This document shows, piece by piece, positions 36,547-49,026 of a DNA stretch of 64,000 nucleotides (position 1 is its first letter; every line of letters begins with the position of its first letter). The translations under genes and the position numbers were made by a program. The DNA lies in the NCBI GenBank assembly GCA_039545335.1, contig BCIN01000006.1, positions 1,054,001 through 1,118,000 on the forward strand, in the 5' to 3' direction. This DNA is from Kondoa subrosea. Lineage: Eukaryota. The notes beneath the pieces were generated by a model, which was not told the DNA's origin, did no database searches, and saw only the letters and a program-made list of their open reading frames with translations.

Positions 36547-37228
36547 GGTAGTCTGAAAGAGGATGAAGGATTGAAAGGCAGAGGAGAGCAAGGAAGTTTT
36601 CAGAAGGCAGTGTTCTGTTCTTTCTTCTTGACAAAGCACAGCTTCCGTACACAAGAAACGAGCTGTAATGTAGACGAGAGCCAATAGAGTAATAGAAGCA
36701 ATCCGAATAGATATTAAGCTGACGAAAGATGGGGAATCGCTGTTCATATTGTATATATTTGCCTAATGATCTTCAGGTCGTAGCATATACAGCTTCTTTC
36801 AAGCCGGTGACTGTGTAGAAGCCAAGGCATTGCCATGTCTAAGTATGACGAAGAGTGTTAGAACCTGGCTAAGGAGAAGGAGGACCACCATTCGCAGCCA
36901 GAGCGCCTACCCGACAGATAGAGAATGATTAAACCACTGTCAGAATTGAGATCACGGAGAGCGGGGCACGAGATAATTTGTCAGAGACCAGATTGAGGTA
37001 TCAGGACAACGTCCTCAGCAGCAAGACCTTGACATTTAGCGAAAGTAAAGAGCTTCAGCTTTTAGGCAGATAATGCAGATTCGCAAAGATTGTGGAAGGC
37101 TCGCTACAAGGGCAAATAAGGGACCGAGATAGAGCTGATACAGAGCACCTTAGGCGACCTGAAGAGTCAACTGGCCGAAATACAGCACATCGTCGAATCT
37201 GCTCAAGAAGCTCTTCATTCTGCAAACC

Positions 37229-37754
37229 ATGACTTTGACTATTTCTCGGTGTTGCTGCGGCACAAGAATCTTCACAAGGAATGCTTCTTACAAACCAGCC
37301 TACGACTCCAACACGGGCAAGCTGAAATATCGACTTCCACCCAAAATCAGGTTGCAACCTGCCCTACCACCGACATTCCAGACTAAAGTGAGCAGAGTAG
37401 CAACTCATTGGTTAATATCATACTTACTCTTCGACTCAGATCACTCATTCAGATGGCTCAACCATTACAGTGCATACAACTTCACCCAGACCATCAATGC
37501 CTCTATCTCGAGATGTCTACAATTCACCTCTATGGGATTTCAGTCAAGGAGGTCTGCGTGGGAGAGAAGAGGATGAATCGGGCAGGATGAGCAGGTTCGA
37601 AAAGAAGTTTGCTTCTTCGGATAGCAGTCAAGTCGAAAGTGATGCTCAAGAGATGAACGATTTGCTCAATGTTGAAGGAGAAAATGTTGTGCTGAATCCA
37701 AAGATGATAGCTAGAGCGGAAAGAGGCAAAAGTAAGAAGAAAGGGAAGAAGTGA
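37229..37754 (+). CDS. MRPL36: Mitochondrial ribosomal protein bL31m (MrpL36-like)
   Basis: Presequence-like N-terminus; PTFQTK|ITHSDGSTITVHTTSPR...RDVYNSPLW...GRMSRFEKKF; Lys-rich end. Confidence 0.72.
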
Positions 37755-38206
37755 TCTTACCATAATCGTCAAATGTTAGCTGGTGCGCTATCACAAGTTT
37801 GCGTTGGTATGGTAGCTGATAACTCAGTGATCAGGATCACAAGTACCTAGGCTGTATATGTATCCCTTCGCGTTTGCGTTTGCATTCATTCATCAACGGC
37901 TTTTCGCAGTCATGCTTCTTCTCTATTTTAATGTCTCTCGATATCATTTGCTCCTTCAAAGTGGATCATCGAATCCCATGATATATGCTTATATCAGCTG
38001 TCTAAAAATTTACCAGATTTTGTTCCTCTTTTCTGCTGGCATGGGTTAAATTTTCTTGCAAGCTTGAGGACATAGTGCCGCAGCTGTTATGTGTTACATT
38101 CTCGCTCAGGAAACACCAACTATATGGGTCTCCCATTACTGCTAGCCTAAAGCACTAGACAGATTGATGCTAATATAGTACAAGTGGAAAAGAATTACAA
38201 CTAATC

Positions 38207-40553
38207 TTAAGTGCCTAAGTATACTGGCCGTAAATCAACGAGAGCCTGCTCGCTTCGACAGACCGGACACTTAGAATGCTGCTGAACACAACTGATCAAG
38301 CAGGATTTGCAGCTGTCGAAGGAACCGTAAGCTGATCAATACCGAAACATCGAAAATAATGACCAACCCGACATGACCGCAGGAAGTGCTATGCAAAGAC
38401 CTTGCAGTTGATAGGCAAATACTGCAAGTCGGATTTTTGAATTTGTTGGGACCTTTCCTGGTCGGTAAAGACTGATCAGGAGATCGGAGATTGTCTGAGT
38501 CTGCTTGAAACATGCTCAAAATTTCTTCTAGCGAAGTATCGACCGGTAGATAGCGCATGTTGAGTAAAAGTGGTCGAAGCATTGAAATGGACTTGTCCAG
38601 CTTGCCAATAATATCAAGGGAACTGTCGATGTAGGATCTTTCAGTGCCTAATTGAGGATTGAGATTCTGTTCGCCGCATGGTCTGCAAATCAGCCGAAGC
38701 TCGAATTTGGACACGATCACAAACAATAGTACGAGTCTGTCTTGCTGATTCTCGCTTTTGGGTCAGACAACCATCCAAGACCAAATGGTCGACTGTAAGT
38801 CAGCAGCTCCCCTATCAGCAGAACAGCGATGCTGCAGCTAACGACATACCGTAGCGGTCCATTTCTTCGAAGGTGCGCTTGCAAGTGGTACACGTGTGCG
38901 CTTTCTTCACATCCATAGTTTTAGGTTGAATAGGCGAGCTGAATGATTCTCTTCGCGGCGGCAAAGCAGAAGAATAGCTTATGATAGCAGGATCGATGAT
39001 CTGCTTCTCCGCCATGATATAGCTTGGTTCTTGCAGTACTGAAGGAACAAACAGCGGAATAGGGGTAAGACTAGATTTTGGAGCCAGAAGATAATTCGTT
39101 TCCTCCAAGTGCGCATTCTGGCTCGTACATTCCAGTAACCAATCGGAATGACAGATCCACAGATCTCTCGAGATAGCGAGCTCAAATTCTCGGAAGTAAG
39201 CTTGTCTCGAAATGTGTAGATAATGGGTCGCTCGATCAAGGCGTCCAGGCGAACTTCCTTCTAGCAGGAAAGCGCCTGTTCTTTCTGCTGCTGAGCGAAG
39301 ACGTGACCAGCCTAGTCTTGTCTGTAAATTTCACATGTCAGGCGATCAGTTAGGTCTAATTGTCCAGTGTGTTCCTTACCACTACATCATGGCTGACAGC
39401 CAGCACTACACCTTCGAGAGCCCGCTTGACGCATTGCGTGTCAATATTGACTTCTTCTTGGTATTCATCGGGTGCTTCCAGAGCGGACGCTGCAAAATCA
39501 TCCGGGAATAACGACTGATGTTCTAGCGGTCGCTGGAAATAGGAAACGTGATTCGGAGGTGTCGAAAGATGAGAAGATAGAAACGAGCTGCTGCTTGACG
39601 AAGCTGTCAGATCAGGAGTGTGAAGTATTGCAGCTGGAAGATGAACAACTGGGTCTTCTTGCTTATCAAATTGAATAGAAGAATGATTGGTTGCATTATG
39701 CTTGACCTTCCTCAGAGTTCAATCATATAGACAGAGAAGACAGACAAACGATTTCAAGTGCGCTATGCGATGCGAAATTCCATCGACAAGGGCCGCAACG
39801 AGGATGAGGCTTCCGCGTAAATCTGGTCTTCAAGTGAACAGCTAGAAAACAATCAGGGCGCTGACAGTAGTGTACAGGAAGACTGACACATATCGTCAAA
39901 CACCCTGTCGCAGATTTGGCAATAGCTGGAATTGGAAGGGGATTCCGATAAAGGCTCAGCAGCTGCGTCTTTGCCCTTCCCGTTCGCAATGGTAGGTCTA
40001 GCTGTTTTCGCCGGTAGCGAAACAACTGGTTCGATCTTTGAAGTGGAAGCAACACTCGACTGTTGCGATGCTTCTCTGGACATAGTTTCGCCTGCCAATT
40101 GTACTTTTGGCGCTGCAGCAGTCCAGCCTTCATAAGGTATCCGATTTGCTTCAGGCAAAATTGGCTGAATATGCAAGAGTTTGAGATCTGGCATTTCACC
40201 AAATACCAGGAATTCGTAGATGAGCAACAATGTTCTTCTGCTGAGCGTATCCAGATCCAGTTGAAAGCTGCCTTGATCTGCCTATCGAAGCCAAAACTGA
40301 AGTTTAGCTGACCAAAGAACATTGGAATCTAGGAATGCTTGCGACGAACATGACGACTCGCAAGCTTGGGTGAAGTATGCTTGACTATGGACATAAGACA
40401 CTTGATCTTATATGTCGACAGATCTGTCTGCAATTGCTGCATGACACGCTGCTTCATTAGCGAAGTGAAAGAATCTTGCTCCAAAGCGTTAATCTCTTCC
40501 AGAGAGCTAGGCGAAGAGCCTGCTGCCAGAGCAGGTCTTCGAGACGGGCTCAT
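38207..40553 (-). CDS. C2H2 zinc finger plus C-terminal C3HC4 RING finger protein (putative E3 ligase)
   Basis: Spliced exons give CQICDRVF, CGPCRWNFASHSALEI|HNATNH (C2H2), CTTCKRTF, and terminal RING CSICLS...TSCGH..CKSC...KCPVCR...LRPVYLGT*. Confidence 0.72.
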
Positions 40554-40779
40554 GGCCAAGCGCGCGGAGTATATGAGCACGGTCTTGGGTAAAGAAGCAG
40601 TCAAGACTCAAGAAAAATATTTGCAATTAAAGAGCGGGGTAATTTGAGTCACACTAGGTCGGCCGCTACATTGCAAAGAAGAGCTACAGTTAGACACTAT
40701 ACTGGCTCGTGCTTATACGCGCCGATGATTCAGCATTCAAAGCGATCCTTAGATGTTCGCTTTGATCCAATAACTGAAG

Positions 40780-40815
40780 CTGAAGCTTGACTTGTAGCTG
40801 AAGCTTGACTTGTAG
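40780..40815. repeat. Perfect 18-bp tandem duplication (CTGAAGCTTGACTTGTAG x2), intergenic
   Basis: Units at 40780-40797 and 40798-40815, preceded by a partial CTGAAG. Confidence 0.85.
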
Positions 40816-40968
40816 CTTCGACTCGCCAACCTGAGTACGCTGGATATCTATCAGCTGGGATGGCATGCAGCCGCACTGGTCGATTTTGAGATGGGCACTT
40901 GGAGCCGCAACAGCCAAAATGCTTGATGTGATGCGAAGCAGGTAGTAACGCAAACGGTCTTGAGGAAC

Positions 40969-43900
40969 CTAGCCCGTGTTTCTGACGGGCTTGATTTTGA
41001 CTCCTCGACGCATCATGTCTTCGTGGAAAGCTGATTAGACACATTTAGAATAATCAAAGTACTAGCTATGGCAAGAACGAACCTTGTTTCTCTGCTTCCT
41101 TTTGACGGACTTCACTTTGTAAGACCAATCGTTTCAGTTCCTGCTGCTCAGCCTTATCTTGAAGTTGCTGCGTTCTGGTTTTAGTTGCTATGGAAGCTTG
41201 CAACGGTATATCCAATTCTCGTGTCTGCTCAACCAATCAGATCGTCGATCTTATACAATTCGCCTACGACTTACCTGAGACTTAGCACCTTTGCGAGCCA
41301 GCAGAGTGAAAGTCATGAATCCGTCATCTTTCGGCGAGGCATCGAGTTGCTGCTGCTGTTTCTTGATATGCGGAATAGAAACACCTGAAAGAGAGCCTTT
41401 TATTGTGCTTTGCTTTGGTCGTTCTGCCAAACTTTCTGAGACCATCTTCGCCAGATCTCGTGCGAATTCACTTTCTTCCTCTTCGGTAAAGGTCGGCTTC
41501 CTTGGCGACGGGGCTTGTTCCACAACAATTTGAGGCTGAGCAAACAGTTAGTTCAAAGGATCTAGTGCACGATCTCGCTCACTTCAGGAATAGGTTCATC
41601 ATTGTCGGATTCGTATGTGAAGTCTCGAATTGATTCTTCGTCTGACTCATCCATTGCCAGATCATCGATGTTGCTGGTAAGGCGATCGACGTCGTCAATA
41701 GAAGCTACAGCACGATCTTTGAGCGGATTCTATAGACACGGAAGAGGAAGGACTTACGGAGGTCGGAGACAACACTTTGATTCTTCTCTAGTAGCGCGTC
41801 CACAGCTTCTGCAGCTTCTGCAAAGTTCTTGACCAGTTTGAGATTGGGTCGTACGCTCTCAAACAAGTCGCTAAGCGCAAAGTCAATATCCATTGGTGCT
41901 TGAGACTTGCATTTCACGTAAAACTGTCACTTTCGGTTAGAAGTGTTGAAGGACGACAGCGGAGAGATGCGCAAAAACCTGAAAGAAGACCATGAAATTG
42001 TCTAGCCTTTTACGCCATTGACCTCGATCTAAATAGGCAGCGGTAGTGTCTAGTAGGGTGCACACCATCCTGACACGGAACCAATCATCTGGAGCATCAA
42101 TCGCTGAAGGTGTGTCAGGCCAAGGTCGACCGTCGGCTGTACATATGCTTTCAGTTGCCGCACACGTGCATGTACAGCTCGAAAATCACGCACGATGTCC
42201 ATAGCTGATTAGCAACCAAAGTGTATCGAAGATAATCTTCTGATCAACTACTTGAAAGTTGAACAACTCGCCGAGATACTTGACGGTAGCAATTCGCATC
42301 TGATTATGCTTGAAGATATTGCGCTGTTATATTGATTAGGCACATATTGATAATGAAATTGCTCGACGCTGACAGCTGAACCAACCCGAACTTCTTCGAG
42401 AACTCGATCGACCACCCCAACAAGGAACTCTGAATGATATCTTCCTATGTCGTGCAACAGTAAGGCAAAGAGGGCGATGCTGCTGAACTTGGCTTTCCAG
42501 ATTTTGACAAAGCAGTTGCGCAACCTATGTACCACCTGATTCCGTTCATTTCAGGTTAAGACAACTCAAGAAGCGAAGAAAGCTAACTTGTTCGTCTTCC
42601 CAATGCAAACTCCTGACCAGCTTTAAAGCTTTCTCGTAATTCGGCCGCGTCAGGACATGGTACATAATGTGATGAATGAAGAGCTGCATTGGCGTGTACT
42701 CTTTAGGTGGTATTGCTGGTCTTTCAGGTGGACTGCACTATTATACAAACAGCATTAAAGTTATCTCAAAAATAGACCTCAAAAGCTTACTTGGTAGAAA
42801 GCATTGTCTAGCATAGCGATTTGCCTTGAATCAAGGTTCTGAGCCGCCTTTTTTCTTAGCATAATATCCAGCTATCATTACAAATCATTATCAGCATACA
42901 AAAATTGCTGTATAGTAAATCGTACTGACCAATGAAGCCATCTTCTCGCTAGTAGCTTCAGATCGAAGCAGGAACCTCCCACAGTTCTCCAAAAGCATAC
43001 TCAAACTATCGATATTGTAAGCTGACATATCATCGATGCAGACTTTGTAGCAGTGCAAGATAGAATGATCGGGCGTGACTTTGAACTTGGTCAATTCCCC
43101 AAGAAACATCATGGTCTGTCAACGGGACATGAGGTATGGTGTCTGTATAGAAAATCGATCCAGGCTGACCTTGCCTCGTAATTCTCTCAACTCAATGTTC
43201 TTGCGCTTCTGCAAGTATCGGAAATCATCTTCCAGCTATCGATATGCATTAAGCTGTCCATTAATAGAAGCGCCCTCATACGTACGACAGCTACGATACC
43301 ATTGCCAACTTCTGGAATATAGCGATGCAGAGTGCCAACTAGTCGAGCGTAGTAAGGCAGGATGTCTTGCCTGTTTCTTGGTACAGCTGCCAGGAACTGT
43401 TGTACATCTTTCACAAAGACAGTCTGCAGACAGAGAGTTTTCTCACCTTGATCAACCGGTTCTGCGTAGCTTTACTGTTCAGAAAAGCAAATTCTACGGC
43501 AGCTCGATCGATAGCATTGCGATTGCTCATTTCCGGTAATCGAGCAAAAAGATCAGCTAATCTTGCTGCCGGTGCTGCTGCGATAGGTTCTACTGTTTCA
43601 TCTTCCACTAAAGCTGGACGTGCAGGTTCTCTGTTGCCAATGTATCAGAACAAACAAAACACCTGGGCATATAAACGCACTCGTCTTCATCAGCTTCTGC
43701 GACTTGCTCAACGACTTCCGACTCGCTTTCCAGCACTTCTTCCACTTTCTCTGCTTCCTTCTTACTCTTTCCCGCTGCCGAAGCATTGTTGTTGCCCAAT
43801 AAAAGCGACGGAACTTCATCTTTCAGATCAACCAAATCTTCATAGAATCGTTTTTCCTCTTCATCACCCCACAAGCTCTTCGGACCGTTCAACTCATCTT

Positions 43901-44983
43901 TATCACCCAAATTGAACTGATGTGACGAAACGTTATTGCTCGTGATGATAGTAGAAGAAGGTAAAGTAGGTAATTCCATCAATTGTATACCAAGCAGTTC
44001 AGAAAGAGTTTGAACGCCATTCCAGAGTTTATCAAACGTCTTGACAAGTTTCTCATATGTCTGAGCTCGGTCTTCGAAAATCTCGCCAGACCGGATATAA
44101 GCTTCGTGATTTCTTTTGTCGGTCTCCAACATGTGTAGACGATCTTTGATCACTCTCTTGCATAGTTGTTCGTAATAGCCAACTAATAGCTTTCGGTTGG
44201 CTTCTTTTTGTTCAAGCGGAATTGGGTTGAACTCGGTTGATTCTGTTGTCGTTTCCGCTGGTGTAGGTTCTACTGAAGTAAGAGGTGGTAAATACAAAGG
44301 ACTAAGATGTTTTGAGAAAGCGATAGCCAGAGGTAGTGAAGTGACTAAAGCTTCTTTATCGGTCGTCAAGAGATCCTTCAGTATGGTGTAGGTGTCTTCC
44401 CCACTGGCTTGACTTTTCCCATTTACACCTTTGATCAAGGCAACAGCTTCCAATTCACCCAACAAGCGCAAGTAATTACGCTGTCTTGCTATTCTTGCAC
44501 TCTCTTCTTTCTCCCTCTGATCCACTTGTAAAGCATTTAATTGACCTTTCGAAGGAGGTTGCAATAAGATAAAGAATTGAGCAGTAAAAGGAACGGTGAA
44601 GAGTTTGGGGAATCGTGCATGCAGAGCAGAGAGTACTTCGACTGTACCCCAGATTTCGCTGGCTACTTTGACTCGGGATAAACCTTCCAGAGCAGCTGCT
44701 ACCAGTTCAGAAGTATATTTCTCCAAGGAAAGCAGTGAAGTCTCTTTGATCAAGATAGGTACAGATTCAGGCGAATGTAAAGAAGTCCTCAAGCGCTTGA
44801 TGAAAGCTGTATTCTTCTTCAAGGATGGGTCAAGTGACTTGAGTTCCACATCTGCGCAAAGTATAGGGAGTAAGAGTTTGTGTGGATAACGTTGAGAGGG
44901 CACCGACTATCGTCTGTTGATTTCTGTGCCCAAGCTGCTAGATTGGCTGCACGCAGTTCTTTGCGTTTTGTAGACTTGTCCAT
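40969..44983 (-). CDS. UPF2: Nonsense-mediated decay protein Upf2/Nmd2 (three MIF4G domains)
   Basis: LDPSLKKNTAFIKRLR, LSLEKY, NHEAYIRSGEIFEDR, WGDEEEKRFYEDL, ILPYYARL, FLGELTKF, LLENCGRFL, LDNAFYQ, DAPDDWFRVRMVCTLLDT, EFARDLAKMVSES, FTLLARKG. Confidence 0.95.
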
Positions 44984-45505
44984 ATTGATTCATGCCTTGA
45001 TGATGCGGTAACAGAGCTCGTAGAGCAGGTGATACAACAAAATCATTGAATTGCAAAGCTTGTCGAGAAGCCGCCATCTAAGCTTGCTCTATGAAAACAC
45101 AGTCGAGCTCCGTTGATGAAGGACGGTCCACCTATGTGCCGACACAGTGACGTCGATGACTTCCCTTTCCCATTTCATTGCCTCTGTTATTCATTTGTGC
45201 TCGCATGACTTTGGCTGGCAATGAGATGCAGCAGACAGAGGTGCACACATGCTTGCAATACACGCGAGTGTAGCTCTTTGCCGAAGTTACGTGCTGGACC
45301 AGTGCTGAACCTTAGCTCGGACGCGAATGATCTGCCTTGTGTTGCTCCAAAATACATAATACAGTCGTGCCTTATATCGGGCTGACTTCCTCTTCTCTTG
45401 ATCCTTTTCCATTCACTCTCAGTTCACCATATATAATACTTAATAAAAGGGTGGGTCTGTAAACCAGCCCAACGAATACTCTACTGATCCGCTTTGCATA
45501 GAACT

Positions 45506-48500
45506 ATGGCTATTCCTTTTGCTTCTATGGCTTCAGTTGACGCGTCCATGATCAAGAACAATCTCCAGTCTAGATTATCGAGCGCTGCTGTCTCGCCAAC
45601 TCACTCTCTTTTACACCATTCCGCTCCTTTAGTCAATTCCATTCCTTTTCCAACTTCCGATCCTTTACCAATGACAAGCGACTTGCCGCTCTCCAGCATG
45701 TTACAACATACAGAAGAACACTCAGATCGCTTTCAAAACGCTTTGAGCGACCATACTTCAATCTTACCTACTCTACCAACTGCAAGTGTTACTTCTTTGG
45801 CATTTCCAACTACCAATCCATCAATGTTACATGAACGTGACACTCTGATCAGTTCTGATACTCACCATGCTTCCATCGAAACCATCGCAAATTCAGTTGA
45901 TTCGATGGCAATCCCAGTTCCTACTTCGATGGCTTTGACTAGTATAGATACCACGTCGGTGCTTGGAGATGTGATACATTCTTTCATGCCTAGGATGCAG
46001 GATATGGGTATCATCGATTCACGTATGTCTATTCATCTTTCTTTTCCGACCAGAGCTCATTGTTGGATTTGTACAGACTCGCAATTACCTGATATGTATC
46101 CATCGTATCAAGCTGGTACTCGTTCCATTGGCGCTCGCGTAGTTGGTCGAGGTAGACGATTAGTTGGCAGTTCTTCCATTCCAGCAATTCCCTCTCTCAA
46201 CTTACCGACCAATCTACCTCAAACCGAAGATGGAGCTGATCCTAGAGCTGGTATGGTCAGAAGACCAAGAAAAATGCTGCACAAACGTTGGCGAGCTTCA
46301 GTTTTGTCCACTTCTTCCGATTTACCTTCGATCGAATCGGTTTTGGAAGCAAAACCAATAATCACTTCCTCTTTTATCGGGGAAGATTTGTTTCCTAGAT
46401 CGATTGATCACTTTCAAGCTCTGTCCTCCAGTGATTCAGCTCAATTTGAAGATGCATCCGACTACAATTTACCTACAATGTCAAGTATGGCTCTACCGAG
46501 CATTACGCAAGCACCGGAATTTACTGGACTTGGTCTGGGTTTAGGTGATATGGAGGAATCGATCTTGCCTTCGAGCAGTGTAGAGGGTTTGTTCGCGAGG
46601 AAGGTTTCGGTCCCGGACCCAGATGACATGGAGTAAGTCCTTCGTTTGCTTCTGAGTAGTTGAAGTAGGCTAATCAGAATGGAACAGTTTACCCACTCTC
46701 ACCTCTGTTGCCGTGTCTTCTGCTACTGCAATGCCTTCGATCGCTTCGTCTTCGTCTTCCCTGCGAATCGCCTTGGCAAAGAAGACGGTTCAGACTTCTA
46801 CAGTCACGGCAGTTCCAGTTTTTGATTCCTCCTCTCCGCCAGCCGACAGCGACAACTCAACAGATGTCCCTCTGATTCCATTGTCGATCTCCGATACCGA
46901 CTTTAGTTCACCTTGTCCGCCTACTGCGACATTGGGATTGATCTCTGCTCCTTCTTCACCTGCTCTAGGTACACCAAGACTCATTGCTACTCCTTTGTCA
47001 CCTTCAAGCGATGCAAGTCCTTGGGGAAGTCCAATGCCTCAAGCCGATGCTCAATTTTCGTCTTCTCCTAACCCTTCAAACAACGATGGAGCAACTCGGG
47101 ACACAATTGTTGCAACTTCTGTTGGTAGTGGAGTGGTCTTCTTGGGACTATTGGCTGGTCTGATCTATATCTGCATGAGAAGAAGGAATCGCAACATCGC
47201 TGCAGCAAGAGGCATTTCCTCTTCTTCCATCAAGCATCCTCATCGTGGAAACGAAAAGAAAGGAGATGAGGAGAAAGCAAACAGAATTTCAGCTAGTCCT
47301 TCAGTCACTTTATCGGAACAGTTTTGGCAAACTCATCAGACCCCTATTCTGGATTACTCTTCACCTCAGAATGGTCAACATTCTCATGATTGGGGAATGG
47401 TTCAAAACAACAACGATGAACAATTGAAAGACAACGCTTCTTCAACCCAATCTACAAGAGCTTCTTTATCTTCTTGCTACACTACTTCCGATTGTAGTTC
47501 CTTTGATTCTGAAGTCGGTTCAAACGAGACTGCTGGTACTTCCAACGATATGCACTCTTTGGGCAAGCATGGTCAATCGCAAACCAGACCCAGAAGTCAT
47601 TCTTTAGCTACTTCAGCTAAATCTGGTGTTTCGTTGACAAGTCTCAAGGATATCATGAACACTATCACTGGCGAGACAACTGATGTGGCTGCTGAAGAAG
47701 TGAAGGAAAAGCAAATCGAAGAAGCAGTGACAAAGGTTGAAGAAGAAAGTCAAGTCGAAGATGTAGCTGATCTAGACCAGCCTGCGCCTTCAAGGCCTGA
47801 TCGGAACTCCTTACGTCCTCTCACCAAACTTCTTTACTCTCAAGATTTGGCTTTCTTACCTGAAGATTCGCGTCCACCTTCCATTTTCGTTTCTGATCAT
47901 CCTGGTGAAGCTGCAGCACCGCCTGCCCCTCCAGCTCCCGCAAAAGTCAGGTCTCGATCAAACTCAAGTGCCACAGTCGCATCAGCCAATCCAAAGCGTG
48001 TATCGTTAGCTACTTTGGCTTCCAGAAGAGATTCAGACCATCCTCGCTTTTCTGAATTCTATCGCACCGGTGTCTTTTCAGCTCAATCATCTCATACTCT
48101 TCCCGGCGAAGCAAGAGATGATGCATCAATGGTTGATCCAGTCTATAGCGATTCGGAGTATGCTGAAGATGTAGTACCAAACTCTTCTGCCTACTACCAA
48201 ACTATGCCAAGCTACAAAGAAGATGACCTCCGAACAAATCGGGCTGCAAGTTCCATCTTCTCTGTCGACAGCTATGAACCAAGTCCAAGGAACTCAACTC
48301 GATTGTCTGGTCTATACGCCGATGCAATGGGTGCTCTTTCTCAATTACCCTCAGGCATGAGTATATCAACACTCAAAGGTAGCTTTGAAAGTCACGACAG
48401 CGCTCATTTCAGAAGCGAATCCTTGGTTGCTGCCTTCCCTGTTCCACCACCTTCACCAATCTACACTTTGGACAGCCAACAAGCTGATCTGGGCGACTTT

Positions 48501-48896
48501 GCTAAGATGCCCGAATCAAGAATCGCTGAAGCTTGGGAACAACAACCTGCAGCTGTTCACAAACGGACGACCTCTGGCAAAAAGCTTCCTTCTGCTCATC
48601 GTGGCTCTATTGCTTACAACCTCAATGCTGCTGTTGCCTATTCCGGTGGTGATGGCGACATCAGCAGTAACTACTCAGACATTTCTTCTACTGGCCGATC
48701 AGCTTCAGCTTCCAGTTTTGAAGAAGCAACTCTCGAAACTGCTCGCCGAACGCAGAAAGTTACAGTCCAACCTGTTTCTATTCCTATTCATGCTGATGAG
48801 AAGATTGGTACGGCTGAAGATGGTGTGTCTGAGATCTGGGAAAGAGCAAGAGCTAGAGTTCGTGCTAGAGGCATGTCATTGAGCACCAAGGTATAG
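45506..48896 (+). CDS. Ser/Thr/Pro-rich single-pass membrane protein of unknown function
   Basis: Two long ORFs joined by a GTAAGT...CTAAT...CAG intron (~46633-46687). One TM helix VATSVGSGVVFLGLLAGLIYICM is followed by RRRNR; the rest is low complexity. Confidence 0.7.
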
Positions 48897-49026
48897 TACA
48901 GAGGCGGAGAGGGTATTGGAGAGAAGTCAATTATAAGAATAGTATATAGTTAATAAAGCGTAATATCGTAGTGTTTAATATGGGTTTTCTTTAATGACAT
49001 GAGCATGTCTGCACGACGTTTCTTTC

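Noticed and set aside
40780..40815. Tandem repeat as a CRISPR or mobile-element signature
   Set aside because: Only two adjacent 18-bp copies, no spacers, eukaryotic context; a simple slippage duplication.
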